From the NCBI GenBank assembly GCA_937906475.1, contig CALCZA010000114.1, forward strand, positions 16,024 through 80,023: a DNA stretch of 64,000 bases, written 5' to 3'. The DNA comes from an uncultured bacterium (GTDB lineage: Bacteria > Planctomycetota > UBA1135 > UBA2386). Positions 10,301-18,733 of this stretch are shown piece by piece (position 1 is the first letter of the stretch; each line of letters opens with the position of its first letter). Position numbers and translations under genes: made by a program. The notes beneath the pieces are model-generated. The model did no database searches, was not told where the DNA came from, and worked only from the letters and a program-made list of their open reading frames with translations.

Positions 10301-10600
10301 GCCGTCGAGACTGCCGCAAGCGAAGAGTTCACGTCAATCGAAGAGACTCTCTATCAGACCAAGTCGAAGAGTCGTCAGGACCCGCTCAACTACCCGATCA
10401 AGTTGACCGACAAGTTGCTTGGCGTGTTGTCGGCCACTAACCGCGCGGAGTTTGGCCCTACTAATGGCCAGCGTGATGTGGCGGCGCAGTTGTCGGCGGC
10501 GATCAAGGTTGAACTCAGGCGTTTCGAGGCTGCTCGGGCACTGCACGTTGCCAAGTTTAACAAGCTGGCCCGTGAGTTGGCGGCGCCGCACATCAAGTAG
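7391..10600 (+). CDS. BNR/Asp-box repeat beta-propeller protein (sortilin/VPS10- or GH74-like), secreted
   Basis: ORF 7232..10600, with the start moved to ATG 7391 (MVTRRTVLFFTLLACLPAQRLFAQ, a signal peptide). It carries many Asp-box motifs: WKSTDAGKTW, YRTKDGGKTW, WKSTDGGETW, FRSDDAGQTW, STDGGKTF, SNDGGETW, TRDSGKTW, TVDYGKTW. Confidence 0.8.
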   Translation: MVTRRTVLFFTLLACLPAQRLFAQDRMIAGDPPGPVPAVLFDTLDWRLVGPFRGGRCAAVCGVIGDTDTYYMGSAGGGVFKTTDAGKNWKNITDGSFGGSIGAVAVAPSNKDIIYVGGGEKTWRGNVSSGSGMWKSTDAGKTWTFSGLADSRHISRIRIDPGNPDIAFAAVMGHLSGPNEERGVYRTKDGGKTWQRVLFVNSHAGAVDLCLSPDNADTIYATTWRAIRTPWSLESGGEGSGVWKSTDGGETWDALHENDGMPEGPLGIAGIAASPADPKRLYAQVEAKEGGLFRSDDAGQTWERINDERKLRQRAWYYTRVFVDPKAKDTVYVLNVGAHKSTDGGKTFTSIRTPHGDNHDLWIDPENPQRMIESNDGGANISNDGGETWSTQANQPTAQFYRITVDDARPYRIYGAQQDNSTVRIRSRAAGGIGEDDWESTAGGESGWIAPKPGDPEIVFGGSYGGHLTRRDHRRGISRTVNVWPDNPMGAGVEAMRYRFQWNFPILWSKHFEGVLYTGAQVLFKSEDEGASWQPISPDLTRNDPSKMKSSGGPITQDNTGVEYYCTIFTVDEGSKPGTIWSGSDDGLVHVTRDSGKTWANVTPPTMPEWMQINCIAADPHREGGAYVAGTRYKLDDFRPYLYRTVDYGKTWTQITGGLDPAWFTRCIRPDPKVDGLLYCGTERTVWFSYNHGRRWQRLANDLPLVAITDLVVAGNELVAATQGRAFWSFDGLPHLRQLHAGLAQKDLHVFTPVPVAQFSGRGRASKNEGVNPATNMHVRFYVGGDDEAKIEQLVTIEVKDVDGKVVYSRSSAPESAKPISKAEKLAAKEARDESKDAEGKSDDKPKEKPLKVSRGMNIIEITWKEEPVKILEGMILWSGRGGPARPAPGDYTVTVTVGEQSHAVVGRINPDPRTDATIVELQERYRLVRDGNALVTEAHEAIELIRSLRAQMATTVARMDEGQNLDKLKAVETAASEEFTSIEETLYQTKSKSRQDPLNYPIKLTDKLLGVLSATNRAEFGPTNGQRDVAAQLSAAIKVELRRFEAARALHVAKFNKLARELAAPHIK

Positions 10601-10657
10601 CGCTGCGCTTTGTCCGGCTACTTCCGCCGGCTGGCCACCGGCGACAGGCCCGGGGAG

Positions 10658-12379
10658 TTACGCCTCATATTCGTTCTGCTTGGCCGCGGGCCGGCCTTGC
10701 CACAACGAGATGACCGCCTCAACCGTGATCCACACCGCCAGTGCGAGTAGCACTGCGCCCATCGTGACCAACAAGGTGTTGGCGCCATGAATGATCTGGA
10801 AGATCAGTGCCGTGATCGTCACGCCCATCATGAACAGCATTGGCAGTCCAACCATGGCGCGGATCGCGAGGCCGCGTTTGCTCTTCGCCAGCCATAACGA
10901 CAGGCCAACCAAGGTCAGTGCTGCCAACAGTTGGTTGATCGATCCGAACAGCGGCCACACGACCTTGTAGGCGGGCACTAGGTTGCCGCTCTTGTCGGTG
11001 ATGCGTTCTGCGACGAACCATGCGGGCACGATTAGTGAGATCACGGTGCCGACGACTCCGGCGGTCTTCGTGCGCCAACCGGTGAACTCGACAAACAGGT
11101 AGCGTGCGAGTCGCGTGCAAACGTCGAGCGTGTCGTAGACGAACGTCGCAAACGCGAGCATGCCGAATGTGACCGCGAATTGTAGCGGGATGCCTAACTC
11201 ATGGAGGAAGGAGCCGACGCCGACGCCAAACACCTTGTCCGGGGTAGCCTTCGCCAGTTCTGAGTCGGTCGACAAATGCATTACGCACGCCAGAGCGAGC
11301 AATGCGACGACACCTTCGAGCAACATGCCGCCGTAGCCAACGAGGTGTGCGTCAGGTTCGCGGTCGATCTGTTTCGAGGTCGTTCCCGAACACACCAAGC
11401 CGTGGAAACCACTGCACGCACCGCACGCGATCGTGATGAACAAGAACGGCACCATTGGTAAGCCGTTGTCCGCCGTGAACGAGGTGAACTCCGGCCATTG
11501 GATCTCGGGGTTTGCCCACAAGAGGCCAATGAAGCCGCCGCCGAGTGTCAGGTAGAGGAAGAACCCGCCGAGGTAGCCGCGTGGTTGCAGCAGTAACCAC
11601 ATAGGCAGCATCGATGCGATGCCGCAATACGCGAGGATGCCCCAAGCCCAATACAGGTTGGGGATGTCGCCTGGCGCGATCATCGTCAGTGGCAGGTGAG
11701 GGCCGGCCCAGATCGCAACGCCGACAGCCGGCACGAAGATGATCGTGACCAGCCACAGTGGTGGGTTCCAAAGCTTGACGACGATGCCCATCAGCAAGCT
11801 GAGGCCGAGATACATCATCGAACTCGAAGCGACGCCGCCGCCTTCAATCTGCACGCGCGGCGCGGCGGTGCCTGGCGTCGCATTCGGCATCGCAATATCG
11901 AGCGCAGTGACGAATGCGTTCGCGGTGATGTCGGTGAATGCGACCACAACCAGAATCAGCGCCAGCCAGATGAACAGCGTGAACGCCATGTAACTGCGCG
12001 GGTTGAGGTAGCTCCTCAGGATCTGTGCGATCGAGCAAGCACCATGGCGCACCGAACCGACCAGCGATGCGAAGTCGTGCATCGCGCCGATGAAGATGCA
12101 ACCGAGCACGATCCACCAAAACGCTGGGGCCCAACCGAACCACATCGCGGCGATGATCGGTCCCGCAATCGGACCCGCCGCCGAGATCGCGGAGAAGTGC
12201 TGCGACAACAAGTAGAACTTGTTGGTCGGCACATAGTCCTTGCCGTCTGCGTGTTCGTGCGCCGGCGTAACCTTCGCCGAGTCCAGTCCAAGCAGTTTCG
12301 CAAGCAACCGGCCATAGAACCGGTGCGCGAGATAGAAGACGGCCAGGCTGATGACGAGCAGGACAGCTAGCGACGGCAT
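10658..12379 (-). CDS. cstA: carbon starvation protein A family transporter
   Basis: 573-aa polytopic membrane protein. The N-terminus (FYLAHRFYGRLLAKLLGLD), the internal motif SAAGPIAGPI, and the overall length and hydrophobic pattern are typical of CstA. Confidence 0.85.
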   Translation of the reverse strand: MPSLAVLLVISLAVFYLAHRFYGRLLAKLLGLDSAKVTPAHEHADGKDYVPTNKFYLLSQHFSAISAAGPIAGPIIAAMWFGWAPAFWWIVLGCIFIGAMHDFASLVGSVRHGACSIAQILRSYLNPRSYMAFTLFIWLALILVVVAFTDITANAFVTALDIAMPNATPGTAAPRVQIEGGGVASSSMMYLGLSLLMGIVVKLWNPPLWLVTIIFVPAVGVAIWAGPHLPLTMIAPGDIPNLYWAWGILAYCGIASMLPMWLLLQPRGYLGGFFLYLTLGGGFIGLLWANPEIQWPEFTSFTADNGLPMVPFLFITIACGACSGFHGLVCSGTTSKQIDREPDAHLVGYGGMLLEGVVALLALACVMHLSTDSELAKATPDKVFGVGVGSFLHELGIPLQFAVTFGMLAFATFVYDTLDVCTRLARYLFVEFTGWRTKTAGVVGTVISLIVPAWFVAERITDKSGNLVPAYKVVWPLFGSINQLLAALTLVGLSLWLAKSKRGLAIRAMVGLPMLFMMGVTITALIFQIIHGANTLLVTMGAVLLALAVWITVEAVISLWQGRPAAKQNEYEA

Positions 12380-12438
12380 GCGCGCAGGCTACTCGAACGC
12401 AACTCTCAAGGTAACGCTGCCCAGATGTTTGCTGGGGC

Positions 12439-12981
12439 CTAGCCCTTGATTCGCTCTTTGAAGTCGCCAGTCTCGGTGTCGACCTTGACCTTGTCGCCGA
12501 CGTCGCACAACTGACTGACCTTCATGGTCATGCCATTGGCGAGCTTGGCTTCTTTGGTGCCGGAGCCGACGCCCCTGATTGGCGGAGTCGTCTCGGTGAT
12601 CTCGACGATCGCAAACAGTGGTGGCTTGACGGTGACCAGTTCGTCGTCGACGAATACCGCCTTGTAGCTGTCGGCCGGCCACTTCAGCGCGTCCTCGGCG
12701 GCGACCTTCGGGCAGCGGAACTCATCGCCATCCAGCGTGAAGAACACTTCGGCTTCACCGTCGGTGTAGGAGTGCGACATCTCCTTCTCTTCCTTCTCGA
12801 GCGTTTCGAACTTAGAGTCCGACTGCTCCTTCAACTCTTGGATGCGACCCGACTGCAGGTCCTTGATACGCATCTGGATGAATTGGCGACGATCGTTGCG
12901 AAGGATATTCCACCAGACGACGGTGCACATCCTGCCTTCGTAGCGAATGAGAGAGCCAACCCGCAGTTCAAGAGCTTGCAT
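12439..12981 (-). CDS. efp: elongation factor P family protein with non-canonical loop
   Basis: 180 aa with three-domain EF-P-like sequence (RVGSLIRYEGRMCTVV..; domain III ETTPPIRGVGSGTKEAKLANGMTMKVSQLCDVGDKVKVDTETGDFKERI). The loop where KPGKG normally sits reads LRNDRRQ. Confidence 0.75.
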   Translation of the reverse strand: MQALELRVGSLIRYEGRMCTVVWWNILRNDRRQFIQMRIKDLQSGRIQELKEQSDSKFETLEKEEKEMSHSYTDGEAEVFFTLDGDEFRCPKVAAEDALKWPADSYKAVFVDDELVTVKPPLFAIVEITETTPPIRGVGSGTKEAKLANGMTMKVSQLCDVGDKVKVDTETGDFKERIKG

Positions 12982-13104
12982 TGGGCTAAGACGATAGCGA
13001 GCGAGCGTCGGCTTCGCTAGGTGTCAGCCGGCGGTTCGCTAGCTGGGCGCACCTGCGGCTAGGGAAGCCAGCGTTACTGCCCGGCATGCAGTAGCGTTGC
13101 CGGC

Positions 13105-13866
13105 ATGCCGCGTTCTCTAGCTGTTGCTGTTCGCAGGATTTGGTTGACGTTGCTGCTGTTGTGTTCATGTCAGTCAACCCCACAACTGCGAACGTCATTG
13201 GTGGTCGCGTCTGATCTCGACAATATGCCGTTCGCTGGCGTTGCTGTAGACGGCACCCCGATTGGCCGCGATGTCGAGATGATGCAGCAGTTGTGTGAGC
13301 GAGCAGGATTCGAGGTGTCGTGGAGTCGCATGCCGTTCGATCAGTTGCTGCCCAAGGTGGAGGCGGGCCGTGTCGATGTTGTCTGTGCGACGCTCGGCAT
13401 TACCGAAGAACGGGCGCGGCGAGTTCTGTTTGTCGGCCCATACTTCGACACTGAGATCGCTGTTGTTGTGCGTGTCGGTGATCGCGAACCGCAGTCATTG
13501 GAAGACCTTGATAAGCTGCGTGTTTCGGGTGGCGCAGGTACGACCTCGCAGCGCGCCATCATCCGCCATCTGCCGGGTGCACACGGTGTGTTCGAAAACA
13601 AGACCGGCGGTTCGGGTCTGTTCCGCTTGGTATCGCGCGAGATTGATGCCGCGGTCATGGATGGGCCCGCGGCCGATGAGTTGGTCGTGCAGTCGAAGGG
13701 CAGGCTGCGGCGCCTGCAGAAGCCGCTGGACCATGAACGCTATGCCCTGGCCTTGCCGAAGAGTCACGCTGGTGTCGCGGCACGATTGCGTCAGGCGCTC
13801 GGCGAAATGCAGGCCAGCGGCGAACTCCGGGAACTCGACCGCCGCCACGGTCTGGCCGGCAACTAG
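13105..13866 (+). CDS. periplasmic substrate-binding protein (type 3 / polar amino-acid family), lipoprotein, orphan
   Basis: Signal plus Cys (LLLLCSCQS). Size of about 250 aa and the pattern (ASDLDNMPFA, VDVVCATLGITEER, DAAVMDGPAAD) resemble SBP_bac_3 proteins. No adjacent permease or ATPase. Confidence 0.6.
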   Translation: MPRSLAVAVRRIWLTLLLLCSCQSTPQLRTSLVVASDLDNMPFAGVAVDGTPIGRDVEMMQQLCERAGFEVSWSRMPFDQLLPKVEAGRVDVVCATLGITEERARRVLFVGPYFDTEIAVVVRVGDREPQSLEDLDKLRVSGGAGTTSQRAIIRHLPGAHGVFENKTGGSGLFRLVSREIDAAVMDGPAADELVVQSKGRLRRLQKPLDHERYALALPKSHAGVAARLRQALGEMQASGELRELDRRHGLAGN

Positions 13867-13962
13867 TCCGGCTCTAGAGCCGTCCACCGTAGTACGTGGC
13901 GCCCCTTTTGATCAGGGTCTTGCACTCGACCCGTTCTGCGGCGATGCTTCGCCACCCCACAC

Positions 13963-14061
13963 GGGAGTGCATTCGAGCTGGTGTTCGGCCTGGTCTTCAA
14001 AACCTGTGGGGTCCTTCCTAGAGAAGGGCTCGGTGGGTTCGATTCCCATGCATTCCCGCCA
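13963..14061 (+). tRNA. selC: tRNA-Sec (UCA anticodon), CCA encoded
   Basis: Hand fold. 8-bp acceptor stem: 13963-13970 with 14050-14057. 6-bp D stem with a 4-nt loop: 13973-78 with 13983-88. Anticodon loop CTTCAAA with TCA at 13997-13999. Long variable arm with a 7-bp stem: 14011-17 with 14023-29. 5-bp T stem with a TTCGATT loop: 14033-14049. Discriminator G followed by CCA at 14058-14061. Confidence 0.85.
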
Positions 14062-14314
14062 TTCCGCCGGCTGCCCAGATGTGCGCCGCGCGGCTTCGGC
14101 ATAAGAGCGTGCGGCTTTGGCCGCTTGGCCCAGTCGGCCGCGATCTCGATGCGCGGGGTAGGCGCTGACCCAGAACAACCTGTCGATTCCGATCGTCAAT
14201 GGCCGGTTTGCTTAGGGCACATGGCAGGGCATCTATCTGTAGGAACACCGCCGCCGTGGCAGCAACCGTCGAGTCCTGGTCCACATCCAGTAGTCACGCG
14301 GTATCCTGTTGGAC

Positions 14315-15106
14315 ATGCTCGCGATTGTTCTCGTTGGTGTGTTGTTCTGCCAGGCCCCGGTACCGAAGGTTGGCCAGGGTTCTGATGTGAAGTCGAGTCA
14401 GAGTTCTTCGAGCAAGAAGCTCGAGACGTGGCCGGACAAGTTGGCGCGCCAAAAGGTCAAGGCGTTCCAGAAGATCCTGAAGCCGAAGAAGGTCAGCATG
14501 CTCGTTCGCAAGAATGCGCTCGACACGCTCAGCGGTGGCATTAGCCAGCAGTTGATCAAGCCGCTACAGCAGTTCATCGAGAAGGACTCGTCGATCGTGC
14601 TGAAGAAGCAGGCCGTGACGATGTTGGTTGATCAGAAGAATGATCGTGTTAAGCCAGTGATTCTCAAGCTGCTGAAGAACTTGCGCTTGACGGCGAATCC
14701 GCAAGTCGAGGCGAGCTTGATCAACGCGTTGAACCGCACCGGCTATGACGCGGGCGATTGGAAGCTGATTAAGGACATGCTTGAGTCGGACTACGACAAC
14801 GAGCGCATTCCGGTTCACGAAGCCGTGCTCGATCTCGTCAAGGAGCACAAGGAAGTGCAGGCGATCTCGATGCTGTTGCGCAACCTCGAAGAACCGATCC
14901 CAGAAAACGTGGACGTCGGCGAGAATCCACCCACTGAGTATTGGAAGGCGCGTTGGCACGCGTGGGCGGTCTGGAAGGGCAAGGTCAAGGAAGCCTTGCT
15001 TGCGATCACGGGTCAGAAGTTCAGTACGGCTAAGGAAGCCAAGGCCTGGCTACGGAAGAACCCGATCAACAAGAGCAAGAAGAGCAAGAAGAAGAAGAGG
15101 CGCTAG
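14315..15106 (+). CDS. HEAT-repeat-like secreted protein with poly-Lys C-terminus (function unknown)
   Basis: ORF 14309..15106, with ATG at 14315 (MLAIVLVGVLFCQAP, a signal peptide). Helical repeat-like sequence is Lys-rich and ends in KSKKSKKKKRR. GC content is slightly lower than neighbouring genes. Confidence 0.6.
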   Translation: MLAIVLVGVLFCQAPVPKVGQGSDVKSSQSSSSKKLETWPDKLARQKVKAFQKILKPKKVSMLVRKNALDTLSGGISQQLIKPLQQFIEKDSSIVLKKQAVTMLVDQKNDRVKPVILKLLKNLRLTANPQVEASLINALNRTGYDAGDWKLIKDMLESDYDNERIPVHEAVLDLVKEHKEVQAISMLLRNLEEPIPENVDVGENPPTEYWKARWHAWAVWKGKVKEALLAITGQKFSTAKEAKAWLRKNPINKSKKSKKKKRR

Positions 15107-15138
15107 CTATTCGATCTGCCGGCGACCCAGTTTGCTCG

Positions 15139-16824
15139 CTACTCGATGTGAATGTGGCGGCCGCCGTTCTCTTCTGCCATCGGACCAAGGAAGCTCGTGT
15201 CGTTCTTCTCGCCGAACGTGATGCAGTGGATCGCGATCTTGCGTAGCTGGTTGGCTTCGCGAACACGCTTGCGAATCTCGAGCTTGTCGGTGACTGGCCC
15301 CGCGGTTGGCGCGCCATCGGTGATCACGTAGAGCGTGTCAAAGCCGGCGCCGTAGTATTTGTCGTAGAGACCACGGCCACCAAACCCGAGCGCAGTTTGC
15401 AGCGCGTCGTAGAGGTTGGTGGGGCCGTTGGGGCGTAGGCCATCGAGGAAGTTGCCCAGCAGGTCGTCGCGCGATTCGTCATCGAGCTTGATCAGCGCCG
15501 GCCGGTTGCCTTCCGAGCGCCAAATACGCACGTCGCTGCTAAACACAACGAAGTTGCATAGCGCGCCATCGGGTAGCGACATGACCAGCTTCTTCAGTTC
15601 CTTGATGACGAGTTCGGCTTTGGTGGTCTGGGTGCCGGCTGCTCCGCCAGCGGTCGTGCCTGTGGCCTTTAACTCCATGGGCTCGGCCATCGAACCGCTG
15701 AAGTCGAGCACGAATAGCACGCGGTCCGACTCGATTGTCAGGTCGAAGAACTTCTTGTAGCGATCGTCTTTCTGCTTCTCTTGGCCGGGCAGCGGCTTGG
15801 GGCGCACCGTGAATGACGCGCCTTCGCTCTTCCAAAACATTTTCCACGGCGCGATGCCACCGCGCGCGACGCTCTGGCCGGTCAAGCCTTCGAGGACCTT
15901 GTGCAATCGCACGTCCATTGCCCACGGGTCCTTCGTGCGCTTCAACTCGGCGTCGAGGCCTTTGATCAACGCCGGAATTACCGCCTTGCAGCGCATCGTG
16001 GCCAGCGAAAACGCAGCGGCACTGCGCACCTGCCAGATCTTGTCGCTGATCACCAGCCGTTGCAGGTGCTTGATCGCGAGGTTGCGCTTCTTGAGTAGCT
16101 CGCCGGTCGGGTTCTTGCCCAGGGTCTCGTCAACGTGCGGTTGCATTGCCGTGCCGATGGCGTTGGCTGCTGCGATGCGGATGTTTGCCTCGCGATCGCG
16201 CAGCAAGCCAATCAGTGTCGGCACCAGTTCGAGTTCGGCGTCGCGCGCCATCGAGTTGACTGCGTGCACGCGCAGCTTGTTAGGCATCGAACCGCACGCC
16301 TTCATCAGTTCGAGTTTGGCTTCGAGGCTGGGGTGGCCGGCGAGAATGCGTAGCACGGCAATTGCATGCACCTGATCGTCGTTTTCGACGTTGGCACGAA
16401 TGCCCTTCGCACTCAGTTTCTTGAGCAGCCACGGCAGCACGCTCACTTGGTTCATTGTGCGTAGATGACGTTGCGCCATTGCTCGCACGCGCCACGGTTG
16501 CATCTCACGCTGGAAATCGATTGTCTCCATCGACGATGTGGCACCGGCGGCTTGCGGTTGCACGACCGCCGCTTCAAACAGTAGTTGTGCGTCGGAGAAC
16601 GTGTTGCGCTTCGCGACCGCCGTCATGTGTTGTTCGAGCAACGCGACGGCGTCGGGGTCGGTGCGGCCTTCCTTCTGGAAACGGATCGCGCCGTCTTTGT
16701 AATCGTTCAGCCAGGCGCGTAACTCGACCCCGGGATCCGGCTGGCTATCTTCTGGCTCCTGCGCGTTGGCGCGAGGAAGTGCTAGGGACAGGGCCAGCAA
16801 ACTGAGGGTCAAGTGCCGCAACAT
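15139..16824 (-). CDS. HEAT-repeat / von Willebrand factor A (VWA) domain protein, secreted
   Basis: Signal peptide MLRHLTLSLLALSLALPRANAQ. The central region is HEAT-like (RIAAANAIG.., VRSAAAFSLATM). The C-terminal VWA domain has a MIDAS motif, VLFVLDFSGSM, and ...YVITDGAPT. Confidence 0.75.
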   Translation of the reverse strand: MLRHLTLSLLALSLALPRANAQEPEDSQPDPGVELRAWLNDYKDGAIRFQKEGRTDPDAVALLEQHMTAVAKRNTFSDAQLLFEAAVVQPQAAGATSSMETIDFQREMQPWRVRAMAQRHLRTMNQVSVLPWLLKKLSAKGIRANVENDDQVHAIAVLRILAGHPSLEAKLELMKACGSMPNKLRVHAVNSMARDAELELVPTLIGLLRDREANIRIAAANAIGTAMQPHVDETLGKNPTGELLKKRNLAIKHLQRLVISDKIWQVRSAAAFSLATMRCKAVIPALIKGLDAELKRTKDPWAMDVRLHKVLEGLTGQSVARGGIAPWKMFWKSEGASFTVRPKPLPGQEKQKDDRYKKFFDLTIESDRVLFVLDFSGSMAEPMELKATGTTAGGAAGTQTTKAELVIKELKKLVMSLPDGALCNFVVFSSDVRIWRSEGNRPALIKLDDESRDDLLGNFLDGLRPNGPTNLYDALQTALGFGGRGLYDKYYGAGFDTLYVITDGAPTAGPVTDKLEIRKRVREANQLRKIAIHCITFGEKNDTSFLGPMAEENGGRHIHIE

Positions 16825-17072
16825 GGCCTCCGCTTTACGCGACCCGCGTTCCTTTGGGAAGTGCTGAGCAACCGTTGGCAGTTGGATCCCCGGGCCAACG
16901 CATTTTGATCGGCTGCAATTACGACACCCTGGTTGCTTCGTGGTCGAGGCAGGCTGGGCCAGCGTGCCTCAGGCACGAAGCACTCTCCGGGTTGTCGGTT
17001 GGCTAGGCGCTGCGCCAATGATGGCGCCGCCAGGGGCCGCGTCGCGGAAGCGAAATGGCAACGCAGTGGCGA

Positions 17073-18038
17073 CTATGCGTCGGCAGCGACGACGTTGTTC
17101 GTCAATATGCCGAGGCCTTCGATCTCGACTTCGGCGATGTCGCCGTGAGCCATGTAGATCGGTGGCTTGCGCGCGAAGCCAACGCCTGGTGGCGTGCCGG
17201 TTGCGATCACGTCGCCCGGTTCGAGGGCTATGTAGGTGCTCAGGTATTCGACGAGGGTTGGCACGTCGAACAGCAGTTGGTTGGTGTTCGAGTCTTGCAT
17301 CGTCTTGCCGTTGAGGCGGAGTTGGATGCGAAGCGTGTGCGGGTTGGGGATGTCGTCGGTGGTGGCGATATACTCGCCAAACGGCGCGAATGTGTCGCAA
17401 GCCTTGCCGCGCGTCCATTGGCCATCGGCGAACTGGAAGTCGCGTGCCGAGACGTCGTGGAAGTTGCAGTAGCCGAGCACGTAGTCCATTGCGTCGGCCT
17501 TGTTGACGCGCGATGCGTGCTTGCCGATGACGACGCCGAGTTCGGCTTCGAAGTCGGTTTCGGTGCTGCCCGGTGGAATCACGATCGTGCCGCCGGGGGC
17601 GAGCACGCAGTTTGAGAACTTGTTGAAGACCAACGGTGCCGTCGGAAGCTCGGCGCCCTGTTCTTCTGCGTGGTCGCGATAGTTGAGGCCGATGCAGATG
17701 ATCTTGCCCGGGCGCGGTACTGGTGCGTGCAACGACACTTCGTCGCGCGCGAGCAGGGCGCCGGCTTGTTGCAAGCGTGAGCGTTCGGCCGCGTTCGCAG
17801 CTTTGGCGACGAGTTCGCGTGCCGCTGCCAAGAACGGGTGGGCGAGGTCGCAGGCGTCGAGATCGTTCGCAAGCGACGGCAGGCCGGCTGCATCGTGCGT
17901 GAAGTCGAGCACCGTCTGCTCATCGAGCAGGGCACCGGGACGAGGGGAGGCGGACGAGGATGTTGAGAAGGCGACTAGTTTCAAGCTGGATGCTCCGATT
18001 GGGGCGACCAGAGAAACCGGTTCCGGGCGGTCAGGCAA
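17073..18038 (-). CDS. fumarylacetoacetate hydrolase (FAH) family protein
   Basis: FAH-superfamily motifs: PGKIICIGLNYRDHAEE, DFEAELGVVIGK, GDVIATGTPPGVG. Confidence 0.85.
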   Translation of the reverse strand: MPDRPEPVSLVAPIGASSLKLVAFSTSSSASPRPGALLDEQTVLDFTHDAAGLPSLANDLDACDLAHPFLAAARELVAKAANAAERSRLQQAGALLARDEVSLHAPVPRPGKIICIGLNYRDHAEEQGAELPTAPLVFNKFSNCVLAPGGTIVIPPGSTETDFEAELGVVIGKHASRVNKADAMDYVLGYCNFHDVSARDFQFADGQWTRGKACDTFAPFGEYIATTDDIPNPHTLRIQLRLNGKTMQDSNTNQLLFDVPTLVEYLSTYIALEPGDVIATGTPPGVGFARKPPIYMAHGDIAEVEIEGLGILTNNVVAADA

Positions 18039-18085
18039 CTACGAATAGTTCGATCCGGCCGTCGGCGCGTGGCGCGGGGGAAGGT

Positions 18086-18733
18086 TTACGCGTCTGCGAC
18101 GATCACTACGTGCAAGGCCTTCGGTCCGTGCACGCCGACAATCAGTTCGAGTTCGATGTCTGCGGTGCGCGAAGGACCGGTAATGAAGGTGATCGTGGGG
18201 GCGTCGGGTGCGCCGTTTGGACCGATACGAACGAAGGCGTCGCCCAGAGTCGCGAGCATTCGCGATGCTGGGACCAGCGCGATGTGCAGGTCCGGTAGGA
18301 GTGTCGATAGGCGGTGGCGCTCGTGGCGTGAAACCAGCGCTAGGGTGCCGGTCTCCGCGATGGCCCATTGCGCCGTGCTTAAGCCTGCGTGGCTGCGCAG
18401 CAACGATTCGCGCGGCGCGTCGTGCGGGATGCGTTCGATGGTGGCCGGCAGTGTTTGGGCGATGGCTAGCACTTCGTCGGCATCGCTGAGTGCTAACGAA
18501 CTCGCGTTGTGCTGCGCGAGCACTTCTGTGATGCGGGTTGCGGCGGCCGTCATGTCGGGGGCGACATCTACCGGCGCGCCCAGTTTGTTGAGGATCGCGG
18601 TGAAGGCTGCGATGCGTTCGGCTATTGGTGTGGCGTCGCTGCTGGCCGAGGTCATCACGTCGGGCAGTGGCGGAACCTTGAGGCCCGGTTGGCTGCGCAA
18701 GGTGCCAAGGATTTGTTCGCGGGCGCTGCTCAT
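18086..18733 (-). CDS. lutC: lactate utilization protein C (LUD domain)
   Basis: The 215-aa C-terminal part of ORF 18086..19213 begins at ATG 18733 (MSSAREQILGTL). This ATG overlaps the lutB stop as ATGA. LUD/YkgG-like sequence, positioned after lutA-lutB. Confidence 0.8.
   Translation of the reverse strand: MSSAREQILGTLRSQPGLKVPPLPDVMTSASSDATPIAERIAAFTAILNKLGAPVDVAPDMTAAATRITEVLAQHNASSLALSDADEVLAIAQTLPATIERIPHDAPRESLLRSHAGLSTAQWAIAETGTLALVSRHERHRLSTLLPDLHIALVPASRMLATLGDAFVRIGPNGAPDAPTITFITGPSRTADIELELIVGVHGPKALHVVIVADA

Noticed and set aside
14062-14314. Possible genomic island or integration site at the 3' side of selC.
   Set aside because: There is no integrase, no direct repeat of the tRNA 3' end that I could find in the window, and no phage or IS genes. 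The downstream genes look like ordinary, if slightly lower-GC, secreted proteins.
13912-14385. Track ORFs 13295..14104(+), 13863..14102(-), 13912..14199(-), 13981..14385(+) and 14018..14284(-) around the selC region.
   Set aside because: They overlap the tRNA-Sec gene or intergenic DNA, have no motifs or start context, and are mutually exclusive. The tRNA fold explains the conserved-looking GGTTCGATTCC segment.
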